Assembly: GCA_963728405.1 (NCBI GenBank) | Contig: CAVSJV010000003.1 | Coordinates: forward strand, 32,001-96,000 | Reading direction: 5' to 3' | Source of the DNA: Methanomassiliicoccaceae archaeon | Lineage (GTDB): Archaea > Thermoplasmatota > Thermoplasmata > Methanomassiliicoccales > Methanomassiliicoccaceae | Length of the DNA stretch: 64,000 nt | In this document: piece after piece, positions 63,540 to 64,000 of the stretch | Layout: each line of letters begins with the position of its first letter | Position numbering within the stretch: position 1 is the stretch's first letter | Translations under genes and position numbers: made by a program | Notes under the pieces: generated by a model | Seen by the model: the letters and a program-made list of their open reading frames with translations, nothing else | Database searches by the model: none | Told to the model about the DNA's origin: nothing

Positions 63540-64000
63540 TCAGCGGAGCGACTCCAGTTGGTCAAGGAATTCCTTTACTTGGTCCATCCCTTTCTGCCAG
63601 AACTCATCCTCGGTGATATCGAAACCCATCTCGGAGGCTAGCTGGGCCGCCGAGCGGCTGGAGCCGGCCGCCAGCAGGGCGTCGAACTTCGGACCGAAGG
63701 TCCTGCCCTGTTCCTTGTACAGGCGGTAGAGAGCGTACACGAACAGCTGCGCGAACACGTATGGATACTCGTAGAACCGGATCTCCGAGAAGTAGTGATG
63801 GGGGAACCGGGCCCAGTCCCACCTCGTCTCCGGCAGGAACTCCACCGAATCGCCGTACAACCGCTTCTGCGCGCCCATCCATAACTCGGAGACCGCGTTC
63901 CCGTCCAGATACTTGCCCTCCTCGACCGAACGGGCCACGTCCATCTCAAAGAAATAGCGGAACCCTTCCTGGTAGACGGTCTGGGAAAAGCTGTTAAGGA
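63540..64000 (-). CDS. Oligoendopeptidase F (M3) C-terminal part; start lies outside the window
   Basis: WARFPHHY, FYEYPYVFAQL, LLAAGSS, GFDI....FW. Confidence 0.88.
   Translation of the reverse strand, partial: LNSFSQTVYQEGFRYFFEMDVARSVEEGKYLDGNAVSELWMGAQKRLYGDSVEFLPETRWDWARFPHHYFSEIRFYEYPYVFAQLFVYALYRLYKEQGRTFGPKFDALLAAGSSRSAAQLASEMGFDITEDEFWQKGMDQVKEFLDQLESLR

Noticed and set aside
1-64000. CRISPR array, cas genes, prophage or integrase
   Set aside because: No regularly spaced direct repeats and no such genes seen; the tRNA shows no evident att duplication.

Overview
GC-rich archaeal chromosomal segment, most likely from a Methanomassiliicoccales methanogen (inferred from methanogenesis marker 8, Alba, thermosome, PAN, aIF2-gamma, S6e, pantoate kinase and bacterial-type dnaK-dnaJ-grpE). 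Most genes are housekeeping: GGR, GDH, PolX, an AMP-salvage operon (R15P isomerase, form III RuBisCO, AMP phosphorylase), chaperones, PAN, GINS, gcvPA/PB, coaBC-pok, prs, proS, purSLQ, ribK and one tRNA-Lys(CTT). About ten genes, several normally conserved, are broken by single-base indels, which looks like long-read assembly error. Highlights: (1) an unannotated ~127-nt structured non-coding element present twice (30931-31056 on -, 60289-60415 on +; ~87% identical by eye, with invariant hairpin stems and variable loops), one copy sitting in front of a 42-aa Cys-rich micro-ORF; (2) an IS200/IS605 tnpB-only element that appears inserted inside the coaBC ATG, preserving the frame, so tnpB and coaBC are separated by a single amber codon in a lineage known to decode pyrrolysine; (3) further heavily base-paired intergenic regions near 34.7 kb and 47.5 kb. 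All alignments and folds were done by eye and need computational confirmation.
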